A stretch of DNA of 36,749 nucleotides from a virus (Duplodnaviria; Caudoviricetes), in IMG/VR virus record IMGVR_UViG_3300020045_003121, positions 1 through 36,749 of that record, one strand, 5' to 3'. The stretch's first letter is position 1; every line of letters begins with the position of its first letter. Both the position numbers and the translations under genes were made by a program. The notes under the pieces were generated by a model. The model had not been told where the DNA came from. It did no database searches and was given only the letters and a program-made list of their open reading frames with translations. Of this stretch, positions 19,030 through 27,103 are shown one piece after another.

Positions 19030-19463
19030 TTTACGCTTATGTGGCTTTATCCTTAGCGATATTCGGCGTGGGCTTTACATCTGGATACCGTTTCGAGTTA
19101 TCGAACACACAGCGCTTAGAATTGGCTATACAGCGCAGCAATAGCGAGGCAGAACAAGTGCTGCAAGCTGCCAAGCTAAAGGTGGCTGATGCCGATATGC
19201 AAGCAGAGAAACGCAACCAACAAATAGAGATTATCCATGTTCAAAACCTTTCTACTGTTAATTCCCTTGTTGACCGGGTGCGCTCTGCCAGTCTCCAAGA
19301 CTGTTCAGACTCCGTGCCAGCAGCCGAATATACCCGAGTTCTTGCTGAAAAAGCCGCCGACAATTCAAGACTTGCAAGATTCTCTAAACTAGCCGGTGAC
19401 ACAGCGGTTTACGCCGAATCATGCTGGAAAGAATTAACAAATAACTGCGGGATAGCTAAATGA
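19026..19463 (+). CDS. Rz: Inner-membrane spanin (Rz-like)
   Basis: N-terminal TM helix followed by a coiled coil. Contains a nested lipoprotein ORF. Confidence 0.75.
   Translation: MIYAYVALSLAIFGVGFTSGYRFELSNTQRLELAIQRSNSEAEQVLQAAKLKVADADMQAEKRNQQIEIIHVQNLSTVNSLVDRVRSASLQDCSDSVPAAEYTRVLAEKAADNSRLARFSKLAGDTAVYAESCWKELTNNCGIAK
19237..19392 (+). CDS. Rz1: Outer-membrane spanin lipoprotein (Rz1-like), nested in Rz in the +1 frame
   Basis: Manual translation gives MFKTFLLLIPLLTGCALPVSKTVQTPCQQPNIPEFLLKKPPTIQDLQDSLN, with lipobox LTGC and Pro-rich content. Not in the ORF track. Confidence 0.8.
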   Translation: MFKTFLLLIPLLTGCALPVSKTVQTPCQQPNIPEFLLKKPPTIQDLQDSLN

Positions 19464-20185
19464 TTAAACTCATGCACGGTGACTGCTTGGAATTGATGAG
19501 GCAAATACCAGATGGATCGATTGACGCTGTTATTGCAGACCCACCTTATGGCACAACAGCTTGTAAATGGGATTCGATTATCCCGCTTGACGCTATGTGG
19601 GCAGAATTGAAGCGGATAGTGAAGCCTAATGCGGCAATCGTGATGACCGCCAGCCAGCCTTTTACTACTTCTCTAATTAGTTCAAACATAAAAATGTTTA
19701 GATATGATTTGAAGTGGATTAAAAAGCAAGCAACAGGATTTTATAACGCTAATAAAATGCCACTAAGAGCGCATGAAGATATTGTGGTTTTTTATGACAA
19801 GTTGCCAAAATATAATCCTCAAAAAAGTAAAGGCAAGCCATATAAATGCACAAGAGGATCAGCATCTGATGTTTATCAAGGCAAAGACTTGTGCGTAACA
19901 GATAACTCCAGCGGTGACAGACATCCATTGTCTTGGATTGAATTTAAACGAGATAAGGTTAAATTTCACCCAACACAAAAGCCAGTCACGCTAATGGAGT
20001 ACATGATTAAAACTTACACCAACGAGGGCGAAACTGTTTTAGATTTCACAATGGGCAGCGGTACAACTGGAGTTGCATCGGTCAACACAGGCCGAAACTT
20101 CATAGGCATAGAGCTAGACGAAAACTATTTTAATATCGCACAACAGAGAATCAAGGACGCTCAACAATGCTTATTGAACAATTAA
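19460..20185 (+). CDS. DNA N4-cytosine/N6-adenine methyltransferase (beta class)
   Basis: GDCLE, DPPY, HPTQKP and DFTMGSGTTG, with the catalytic motif preceding the SAM-binding motif. Confidence 0.92.
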   Translation: MIKLMHGDCLELMRQIPDGSIDAVIADPPYGTTACKWDSIIPLDAMWAELKRIVKPNAAIVMTASQPFTTSLISSNIKMFRYDLKWIKKQATGFYNANKMPLRAHEDIVVFYDKLPKYNPQKSKGKPYKCTRGSASDVYQGKDLCVTDNSSGDRHPLSWIEFKRDKVKFHPTQKPVTLMEYMIKTYTNEGETVLDFTMGSGTTGVASVNTGRNFIGIELDENYFNIAQQRIKDAQQCLLNN

Positions 20186-20619
20186 AATTTGAAGAAGGGC
20201 TGCGACTCAAAGCCTACCTTTGCACAGCAGGTAAAAAAACTATAGGTTATGGCAGAAATCTTGACGCAAATCCTTATTTTGAGGGTAACAAAATACCGGA
20301 TGAAATAACCAAGGATGAGGCAGAGGCTATTTTGGCGCACGATATTGACGACATTACCAAGCAACTGGTTCATCGGTGGACAGGGTTTACTTTGCTTGAT
20401 CAAGTTAGGCGCGATGCTTTAATCAATATGGCTTTTCAAATGGGTGTTGATGGACTGCTTGGCTTTAAGATGATGCACAAGGCATTGCTGCAAGGTGACT
20501 GGCGAAAGGCATGCAATGAAGCGCTTGATAGTCAGTGGGGGAAAACTAAAGAGCTTAGGTCTCGATCATTGAGGGTGGCCGGACAATTCTTAACCGGGTT
20601 ACACTACAAAGTGCCATGA
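20167..20619 (+). CDS. Endolysin, GH24 (T4-like) lysozyme
   Basis: 'EEGLRLKAYLCTAGKKTIGYGRNL' (E-x8-C-x5-T), 'LINMAFQMG' and 'LDSQW'. Confidence 0.9.
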   Translation: MLIEQLKFEEGLRLKAYLCTAGKKTIGYGRNLDANPYFEGNKIPDEITKDEAEAILAHDIDDITKQLVHRWTGFTLLDQVRRDALINMAFQMGVDGLLGFKMMHKALLQGDWRKACNEALDSQWGKTKELRSRSLRVAGQFLTGLHYKVP

Positions 20620-20885
20620 TTTCAGCAAAAGCCGAACTACTAAAAGGCGACCAGAAAATCATCGTCAGGTTTTATGCTGACGGTGTAGAGCCGGTCGAGC
20701 CTAATCATTTTGAAACGACTGTGACAGTTGATTGTTTTGGGCCTGTCGGTATCGTTAAAGGAGCCATTAAGTTGGATGACGCTTTAGAAAAGATACTAAT
20801 AGGCGGCAGAGAATTAAAACCTTTCGGTATTGAGCTATTAAATTACCATCACAACGGGCGATGGAAAGTGCTAGAAGTGGCTTGA
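20616..20885 (+). CDS. Hypothetical protein
   Basis: ORF coupled to the endolysin gene (ATGA overlap). Confidence 0.55.
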   Translation: MISAKAELLKGDQKIIVRFYADGVEPVEPNHFETTVTVDCFGPVGIVKGAIKLDDALEKILIGGRELKPFGIELLNYHHNGRWKVLEVA

Positions 20886-21020
20886 TACGGCTTTCGCAAC
20901 CTGCCGCTAGTTTCTATGCGACTGCCAGCCTATTTATGCAACCAGCCTAAGCCGGTATAGGGTTCGTCACCTTGAGTCTTTTCGGGTTCCACATCTGTTA
21001 ATCCAGACCGCGTATCAGGG
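20883..21020 (-). ncRNA. Candidate ~135-nt structured ncRNA with its own promoter
   Basis: Closing stem UGAUACG/CGUAUCA, with four inner hairpins whose G-U pairs form only on the minus strand. Promoter TTGAGA(21056-21051)-17-TACTAT(21033-21028). Confidence 0.5.
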
Positions 21021-21102
21021 TTAAATTATAGTAGTTTTTAAGGCTTAGCGTCTCAAATTTGTTGATGCTACCAGCCTAAGCCTTTGCTGGCGCGGCTTGT
21101 GA

Positions 21103-21252
21103 TCCCATCAAGCAAGACATTCAGCCGTAACTCGTATGGCTAAGGTATTGCAGCCGTTTGACTTGGCTAAAATAGCCGGACATAGAAACATGAGCCAGAC
21201 GCTTCAATATTACAAAGCGTCTGCGAGTGATTTGGCTAAACTGCTTGGCTAG
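21103..21252 (+). pseudogene. int: Tyrosine integrase C-terminal remnant
   Basis: Translates HQARHSAVTRMAKVLQPFDLAKIAGHRNMSQTLQYYKASASDLAKLLG* (HxxRH, GH, catalytic Y). An in-frame TGA at 21100 precedes it and no N-terminal part is present. Confidence 0.85.
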
Positions 21253-21995
21253 GAAGCTTCAAATAAATCAAAGGTTTCAGAGTGCGGGACATAAACTGCA
21301 GATGAATTATGTTGCTCGATACGTTCGGCAATTACCGCAGCTCGTTGCGATGATGTTGGTGGAGTGTACATTCCGAACCGCGCAATGCTGCCGCTATTGA
21401 CTGCCGCATTGGTGCTATCTGCGCTTGCCAGCGGCAGTTTTGAAAAAACCGCAGGATCAAGCATCCGCAATCCATGCAATTTGCATTTTGGACGGCCCTT
21501 TTCGTCGCATATAACCCGCATTGCATCGTGTATACGTTTCCACCATGACGATGTTCCTGGTGTAGACCATGCTCCAGAGCTGCCGATTGCGACGGTAGAG
21601 AATGAATTAACTAGCCACTCCAGCCAGTCTAAAGATTCGTGCAAATGCCAAACTGGTACGCCTTTAGCTTTTCCGCCTATGCGAACCCACTTCATCACCC
21701 AATCGACGTTATCTTGTTCTGTACCGTCGATAATGTCGGGTATCAGGCACCAATCGAACCCAGGGTGTTGATATAGCGAGTGGCACCATGCCCAGTAAGC
21801 ATCAAAATCAATTTCGCCCTTGCCTTGTTTCCAGTGCGTAAAAGCTCCGTTATCCAAAACAAACGACTGGCAAACATCTAAAACCGCTCCAGTATCATCT
21901 TGACGACCAAACGGTATTAGCGCATGGCGACCAACTAAAAATCGCGCTGTATCTTGTCTTGTTCCGCCTATTGGTGTTCCGTGGTAGTGAATCAT
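21249..21995 (-). CDS. TGT/DpdA-like base-exchange (transglycosylase-fold) protein
   Basis: Motifs LDNGAF, IPDII, VPVWH, AIGS, KLHGL and SADST parallel the TGT barrel motifs DSG, D, PVxH, xHxxG and SxDS. Confidence 0.6.
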   Translation of the reverse strand: MIHYHGTPIGGTRQDTARFLVGRHALIPFGRQDDTGAVLDVCQSFVLDNGAFTHWKQGKGEIDFDAYWAWCHSLYQHPGFDWCLIPDIIDGTEQDNVDWVMKWVRIGGKAKGVPVWHLHESLDWLEWLVNSFSTVAIGSSGAWSTPGTSSWWKRIHDAMRVICDEKGRPKCKLHGLRMLDPAVFSKLPLASADSTNAAVNSGSIARFGMYTPPTSSQRAAVIAERIEQHNSSAVYVPHSETFDLFEAS

Positions 21996-22174
21996 ACAGA
22001 GCTATTACGCCACCATTGCACCAACTCATCCGGTATAAACTGCATAGGCCCACGGGCTTTACGCCGGTATGCCGGGAAGCCTTTTGTGGTCGATACTTTG
22101 TAAATCGTCGAGACTGGCACGTTCAAAAGCTCGGCAGCTTGCTCTGTGTTGATAAACGCTGGCTGTATTTTCAC
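21992..22174 (-). CDS. Excisionase-like HTH protein
   Basis: 'INTEQAAELLNVPVSTIYK...GFP...F...ELVQW', close to the integrase remnant. Confidence 0.75.
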   Translation of the reverse strand: MKIQPAFINTEQAAELLNVPVSTIYKVSTTKGFPAYRRKARGPMQFIPDELVQWWRNSSV

Positions 22175-22332
22175 GGCTTATCCTCGTTTTCGTGTTTTTT
22201 GATAAACTCAATTACAGCGTCAAGCTGCTCGGCTATAAACATCGCTTGATCTAAAGTAAGGCAGTAAAAGTTATTTTTAGTGGACAAAACAACTGGCTCA
22301 TTCTCGTTTCCGCTTAGGCCTATGGCTATCAT
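22171..22332 (-). CDS. Small hypothetical protein (53 aa)
   Basis: Manual ORF MIAIGLSGNENEPV..., overlapping both neighbours by 4 nt. Confidence 0.45.
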   Translation of the reverse strand: MIAIGLSGNENEPVVLSTKNNFYCLTLDQAMFIAEQLDAVIEFIKKHENEDKP

Positions 22333-22742
22333 TGTTTATCCTTTAATGCTCTGATTTTATCGCCAATTAATTCGCAGCTAACGTACTGATCTGATATTTT
22401 CGCGGCTTCTTCCAGCGCGTCCTTTCTTGACATTTCGGCAATATAAAAGGCTTCACAGTTATTTGTTTTATTGCAATACTTACAATTCCAAGCGTCACTA
22501 TTTGTACATTCTGGTTTAGCTGGTGGGTGAGCGAATATCGGTATCCATCCGTGGTCTGGATCACCTGAGTTTTCAAATACTACGCCTGTACTATCTTTAT
22601 ACATCCAAACTACTGGCTCAACAGGGCGCGAAAGCTCGGCTTCAATTTCCTTTATTAATTCACTTCTATCGTCTTTTGTAAATTCATTGGTACTATTTGA
22701 ATTTAAGACAAGCCGTCTACATTTTTCTAATAACTCTCTCAT
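22329..22742 (-). CDS. Eaa-like accessory protein
   Basis: Mosaic motifs 'EPVVWMY...GWIPIFAHPP' and 'DALEEAAKI' are typical of early-left accessory genes. Confidence 0.55.
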   Translation of the reverse strand: MRELLEKCRRLVLNSNSTNEFTKDDRSELIKEIEAELSRPVEPVVWMYKDSTGVVFENSGDPDHGWIPIFAHPPAKPECTNSDAWNCKYCNKTNNCEAFYIAEMSRKDALEEAAKISDQYVSCELIGDKIRALKDKQ

Positions 22743-23024
22743 TTCATCCCCTTATTTAATTTAGCCTTGTAACAAGCCCTGTGCCATGTTTGTTTTTCTC
22801 CGCACAGACAGGCTTCAGCAGAAACTTTTTTAGGCCAGGTTTCGGGTTTACCGATAATTCCTTTTTTTGCGTTCATCTCATCACCTTTTTATCAAGTACC
22901 AATCGCGTAATACGCTGGCGCTGACATGTTTTATGATATTTCTGATTATGCCGGTTACTGCTCAGCATTTCGCCACAATACCCGCAAACATAATGCCTAT
23001 CCGCTATCAGTTCCAGAAGTTGCA

Positions 23025-23546
23025 TTACCATTGACTCTCAACCTGAACCACTAGCCCTCGCTTTGCAGTGCCTTGCCTGGTGCGTGTTCTGCGCTGCATA
23101 TCAAGAAATGGGTTATAGCTTTCAATGCTGTACTTTGTTTCAGCCTTGCGTTTAAATGACGTTCTGCTTTTTGTCGGCGCGTTTCTATCGCGCTTTGGTT
23201 TCTTTTTAAGAAACTCGGCCATGTCGTCTATTTTGTAATACTCCGTTTCTTTCCAGTTAGCGCCGATAAAAGTACCGGATGGATAAGGAAAATTAATATT
23301 ATTTCTTAGACGATAAATAACGCTACTACATACACCAAACAATTCCCTTGATTCAAACAGGGTACAGCAACCGTCCGGGTAAGTTGAGCGCTGTCTTTTT
23401 CTATATGCCTCAAGTACTGCGTCTTCTTCATACACTGGCGAGCGCCCAGCAAAAAAAGCAGGCTGAATGTCTTTCATCGCATTGCGTAAAGTCTGGCGAG
23501 GAATATCATTATCACGAGACATTTCTGTAAGTGTTTTAAGTGACAT
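23025..23546 (-). CDS. Putative DNA-binding protein with tandem winged-HTH (Xis/AlpA-like) domains
   Basis: Two HTH-like segments ('LTEMSRDNDIPRQTLRN' and 'ESRELFGVCSSVIYRL...FPYP'). Confidence 0.45.
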   Translation of the reverse strand: MSLKTLTEMSRDNDIPRQTLRNAMKDIQPAFFAGRSPVYEEDAVLEAYRKRQRSTYPDGCCTLFESRELFGVCSSVIYRLRNNINFPYPSGTFIGANWKETEYYKIDDMAEFLKKKPKRDRNAPTKSRTSFKRKAETKYSIESYNPFLDMQRRTRTRQGTAKRGLVVQVESQW

Positions 23547-23548
23547 GG

Positions 23549-23989
23549 CTAACTCCCTGTACTACCAAAGCCGCCATTGCCGCGCTCTGTTTCGTTGAGT
23601 TCTTCAACTTCAATGAAGTTTACCTTTTCGACTGGTATAACTAATGCCTGGGCAATTCTTGATTTATTGACGCACCTAAGCGGCCTTGCGAACGCCCTTC
23701 CATCGTGGAAAAGTTTTACTTTAATTTCGCCGCGATAATCTGAATCAATAACGCCAACGCAATTTGATAATCTAACATCGTCTTTAAATCCATGCCCAGA
23801 CCGGCTAAAAATAAGCATTACATGATTTTCAGGAACTGATACAGCGATACCTGTTGAGAATATTTCCGCGCCACCTGGGTATACATCGATGTGTTTACCA
23901 TCGCTATACAAATCAAAACACCCGCTTCCGTCTGTCGCATAGGTTGGAATAGTCGCTGTTTTGGTCAGTCTTTTTATTTTAATGTCCAT
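23549..23989 (-). CDS. dut: Trimeric dUTPase
   Basis: GSGCFDL, SRSG, GVIDSDYRGEI, RIAQ and RGNGGFGSTG are all present. Confidence 0.96.
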   Translation of the reverse strand: MDIKIKRLTKTATIPTYATDGSGCFDLYSDGKHIDVYPGGAEIFSTGIAVSVPENHVMLIFSRSGHGFKDDVRLSNCVGVIDSDYRGEIKVKLFHDGRAFARPLRCVNKSRIAQALVIPVEKVNFIEVEELNETERGNGGFGSTGS

Positions 23990-24285
23990 TATTCGCCTCT
24001 CGCTTTCTTAATTGCTGCCTTTACTTTTTCAGGAAGGTTTATCGGTATGCAATACTCGCTCATATATTCCATTGCCTCATCGCAAGCTATTAGCGCCTCT
24101 AGCATTTCGGGTGCGGCAGCGATTAGCCTGGCGTTTGCCTCGTCCTCGGCCTTTGGCCTTTCAAAACAGGAATAAATCGAGCAGACGGCGATTTGTGCCC
24201 CTTTATGTTCAACTGGGAACACATTAAATTGCTTATAACCTTTTTGGTAAAAAAGTTCCCAAGGGCCTGTCGTGTGCTTAGTCAT
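23989..24285 (-). CDS. Phage accessory protein (HTxGPW...ANARLIAAAP family)
   Basis: Characteristic N-terminal and C-terminal motifs. Confidence 0.7.
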   Translation of the reverse strand: MTKHTTGPWELFYQKGYKQFNVFPVEHKGAQIAVCSIYSCFERPKAEDEANARLIAAAPEMLEALIACDEAMEYMSEYCIPINLPEKVKAAIKKARGE

Positions 24286-24426
24286 TTTTAATTTTCCTGG
24301 TATCTTTTATCTGTTTATTTATCGCAGCCAAGCGTGATTGATGCTTGGCTTTGTATAGTTCAAAGCAGGCTTTTTCATTAGCGCGTAATACTTTTAACTC
24401 GGCTAGTGTAAAGCCAGCGTAAATTG

Positions 24427-25041
24427 TCATTTAATCGCCTCGACTGTATCGCTAACCAGCTTTAGAAACTGTGCGCGGCGAAGTCTTAGCGACATAATTT
24501 CGTCTGATACTTCGTCTCGGTGGACTCGGTAAGTGATTAACTGTTTTTGAGTTGGAAACTCAGAACAATAACTAACAAAATCTGCCCACTTCCGACCTGT
24601 GCAGTCCAAATGCCCTATAACCTGCCACTTATACGCCGGATCGATTGCGCCTCGTCTTAGCGTGGCATAGTGCGTTTTTGGCAGCACTGACTTGATTTCT
24701 ATCAATCCATCTTCTCCCACTAGCCCGTCTGGTGAGGTTCCGTAATCGCCCAAATCAAAAAAGCCTCCGTTTGATACGCTGACAAAGTTTTCATCTTCGT
24801 AAAGCATACGTGCGACCGGCTCTTGTTCGTGGCCGCGCTCCATGTTTGCATTACTGAAGCCAAAATCTGATTTTTTTCCGGTAACGATTTCTAAGGCAAT
24901 TTGCAAGGCGTAATCTTTTGCAGGATCACCAAACGCCTTGCCATCATTAGCCATGAATGTTCCGGCTTTTGACATAGTGACTCGGCCAGTGCGTAGCTCT
25001 TGCCAAGCGTCAGTGTTTTGTTCAACGTCATGGAATATCAT
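24427..25041 (-). CDS. YqaJ/lambda-exonuclease family recombination nuclease
   Basis: 'EQNTDAWQELRTGRVTMS', 'MERGHEQEP', 'SPDGL' and 'IEIK'. ATG 25041 overlaps the upstream stop. Confidence 0.92.
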   Translation of the reverse strand: MIFHDVEQNTDAWQELRTGRVTMSKAGTFMANDGKAFGDPAKDYALQIALEIVTGKKSDFGFSNANMERGHEQEPVARMLYEDENFVSVSNGGFFDLGDYGTSPDGLVGEDGLIEIKSVLPKTHYATLRRGAIDPAYKWQVIGHLDCTGRKWADFVSYCSEFPTQKQLITYRVHRDEVSDEIMSLRLRRAQFLKLVSDTVEAIK

Positions 25042-25571
25042 GCCAAAACCTCGCCAGTTTCCTCGTCGATAACTTTCGGCAAACACTCTTCAATGAGTTG
25101 CGCCTGGTGTTCGCTAGTCATTGCTGCCCTAGCCAACACAGCATCGAGGTTGCCATCGCGCAAATAAGCGGCCTTGGCGTTATCCCAAGCCTTTGAACCT
25201 GGGATAATAAAGTGTTGAACTTTTGGCGCTACCGGGCTAATCCGCAAGCCTTCCATTGTTTCTTTGCCAAACTTTACGTTTTGATCGACATACACGGTAA
25301 TTTTAAAATTAACCCAATCTTCCAGAAACGCCGATCCGGTTAAGCCTTTCAGCGTCTTGCTGTTAGTGGCGTTTAAAATCATTGGCTTCAGCGGTTCACC
25401 TTTGCGTATTTCTTTTTCTGCAAAATAAGCTGTATTAAAAACATCCTTTGTTTTTTTAGTTTTATCTGTATCAAGCGTTACCCGTAAAACCGTTAATACT
25501 GTTGGCTCGGTAATATCCGCACTGGACAGGTAAGGCGAATTAAACGCCTTGCGATAATGCGTTTTTTCCAT
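25038..25571 (-). CDS. Putative ssDNA-binding/annealing partner of the exonuclease
   Basis: Directly upstream of the YqaJ gene. Beta-rich, 'KPMILNATN', acidic tail 'IDEETGEV'. Confidence 0.5.
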   Translation of the reverse strand: MEKTHYRKAFNSPYLSSADITEPTVLTVLRVTLDTDKTKKTKDVFNTAYFAEKEIRKGEPLKPMILNATNSKTLKGLTGSAFLEDWVNFKITVYVDQNVKFGKETMEGLRISPVAPKVQHFIIPGSKAWDNAKAAYLRDGNLDAVLARAAMTSEHQAQLIEECLPKVIDEETGEVLA

Positions 25572-25694
25572 TTCGTCTGCTCCGGTTTATTATGCTTTTT
25601 TTATGTATTCTTGCGTGTCGTTTTGCCATGTTTTTATCCGCAATAGACCAAGCAATGTCTAATAACAGCGAGTCTGCTATGTCTGCGGCGGCAA

Positions 25695-25853
25695 TCATTT
25701 CGGCCTCGCAACAACGCTGACAATCTTGCGGCCATAGGCTTGGCGTCTCGCGTCTCGTGCAGCCTCAGCTTGCGCGACTTGTTTGCAGTTGGCGTGGACT
25801 TCGTTACGAATAACGTCTTTGTTGTGGTAATGCGCTTCTGTTAAGAAAATCAT
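25695..25853 (-). CDS. Small hypothetical protein
   Basis: Track ORF 25695-25886. The internal ATG at 25853 overlaps the upstream stop and is the more likely start. Confidence 0.4.
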   Translation of the reverse strand: MIFLTEAHYHNKDVIRNEVHANCKQVAQAEAARDARRQAYGRKIVSVVARPK

Positions 25854-26080
25854 TTCCGCACCATTTCGCTTTTTGCAGTAATGCAACCATCATGCGCTGG
25901 TACGCTTCCAAACTCGCCGTACAAATAAACCAAGCTGGTAGCGATAGCTGCTGAAATAATAAAAGCCCCTAACGCAAGTCCACGATAAAAGTCTTTGTCG
26001 CTGTCATCATCTCTGTATGCAGTAGAGCAGCCAGTTTCAGCCACACGCTTTTCAAATTCTTCCAGGTTATTTATTGCCAT
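25850..26080 (-). CDS. Small membrane protein
   Basis: ATG 26080 has a GGAG SD. One TM helix. Confidence 0.55.
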   Translation of the reverse strand: MAINNLEEFEKRVAETGCSTAYRDDDSDKDFYRGLALGAFIISAAIATSLVYLYGEFGSVPAHDGCITAKSEMVRK

Positions 26081-26102
26081 TTTTTTGCTCCGATAAATTA
26101 AG

Positions 26103-26286
26103 TTGATAGCCGCCAAACGCATTAACCTTTTACTTAAATGCGCGGACAAGGTTTCCACAGCTTGTTCCACTGATACTTCCGACTCTTTTTAACCAGGGCC
26201 AGAACTCCTGGTGGCGGCTATCAATTCTGCCTACTGCAATACTGCGGCTCACGTAACGCAACCCGGTTCAAACAATAGACAGAATT
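26103..26286 (-). ncRNA. Two adjacent multibranch RNA structures in the early-left transcript
   Basis: 13-bp perfect inverted repeat 26103-26115/26212-26224 enclosing inner hairpins, and a 14-bp stem 26223-26236/26273-26286 with G-U pairs on the minus strand. Confidence 0.55.
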
Positions 26287-26329
26287 CATAACCCTAAAAA
26301 ATGCCAGCATCCTTGCTGGCAATATGTTT

Positions 26330-27040
26330 CTAAGAGTCGCTTAAATCTTTTAATCTTTCGTCGATTATTGCGAATAGAGGGTATTTCCAGCGTTTCCACC
26401 ATGCCAGTGCGTTTGAGTCCATTTTTGAAATAACGTCATCTGTAAATTCTCGCCATTCTTCAATCTTGAAACGCTTGCATCCTATTTGCATAACGTCTTT
26501 TGTGAACCCGACTTGCCAGTTATCTAACTGCAAGGTAAATATTATTTTCATATCTCCAAAACAACGCAGGTCGGCATTGCTCAGGTCGGCATTTCTCAGG
26601 TCGGCACAGCGCAGGTTGGCATCTCCCAGGTTGGCACTGCTCAGGTCGGCATTTCTCAGGTCGGCACAGCGCAGGTCGTCATTTCTCAGGTCGGCACAGC
26701 GCAGGTTGGCACTGCTCAGGTTGGCATTGCTCAGGTCGGCATTTCTCAGGTCGGCACAGCGCAGGTTGGCACTGCTCAGGTTGGCACTGCTCAGGTCGGC
26801 ATTTCTCAGGTCGGCACAGCGCAGGTCGGCATTTCTCAGGTCGGCACAGCGCAGGTTGGCACTGCTCAGGTTGGCATTGCTCAGGTCGGCATTTCTCAGG
26901 TCGGCACAGCGCAGGTTGGCATTGCTCAGGTTGGAACCGCTTTCAAAAGCCAATTTAAGCGTAAGCTTTATCGAGTTATCTTCGCAGTCATGCTCAAAAA
27001 TAACCGCTCCTGAAAATCTGTTTTTAATTTGTATTAGCAT
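26330..27040 (-). CDS. Pentapeptide repeat protein
   Basis: About 25 A[DN]L[RS]x repeats between 'IQIKNRFSG' and a 'MQIGCK...W' C-terminal domain. Start taken at ATG 27040. Confidence 0.92.
   Translation of the reverse strand: MLIQIKNRFSGAVIFEHDCEDNSIKLTLKLAFESGSNLSNANLRCADLRNADLSNANLSSANLRCADLRNADLRCADLRNADLSSANLSSANLRCADLRNADLSNANLSSANLRCADLRNDDLRCADLRNADLSSANLGDANLRCADLRNADLSNADLRCFGDMKIIFTLQLDNWQVGFTKDVMQIGCKRFKIEEWREFTDDVISKMDSNALAWWKRWKYPLFAIIDERLKDLSDS
26566..26933. repeat. 15-bp-unit tandem repeat encoding the pentapeptides
   Basis: Recurring units such as tcggcatttctcagg, tcggcacagcgcagg and ttggcactgctcagg. Confidence 0.9.
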
Positions 27041-27103
27041 TTCTCTCTCTGAAAAAATGCCGCCATCCATAGCGGCTAGTCGCTTCTTTAGGTGGTGCGT
27101 AAA

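Noticed and set aside
20883-21100. tRNA gene or tRNA-derived attP core
   Set aside because: GGTTCG is present, but no T-arm/acceptor geometry or CCA end could be built.
26081-26170. N-terminal extension of ORF 25850-26170
   Set aside because: It lies inside the 13-bp-closed RNA structure. ATG 26080 has the better SD.
26566-26933. Repeat array as a possible CRISPR or DGR element
   Set aside because: 15-bp in-frame coding units without unique spacers. No cas or reverse transcriptase gene in the window.
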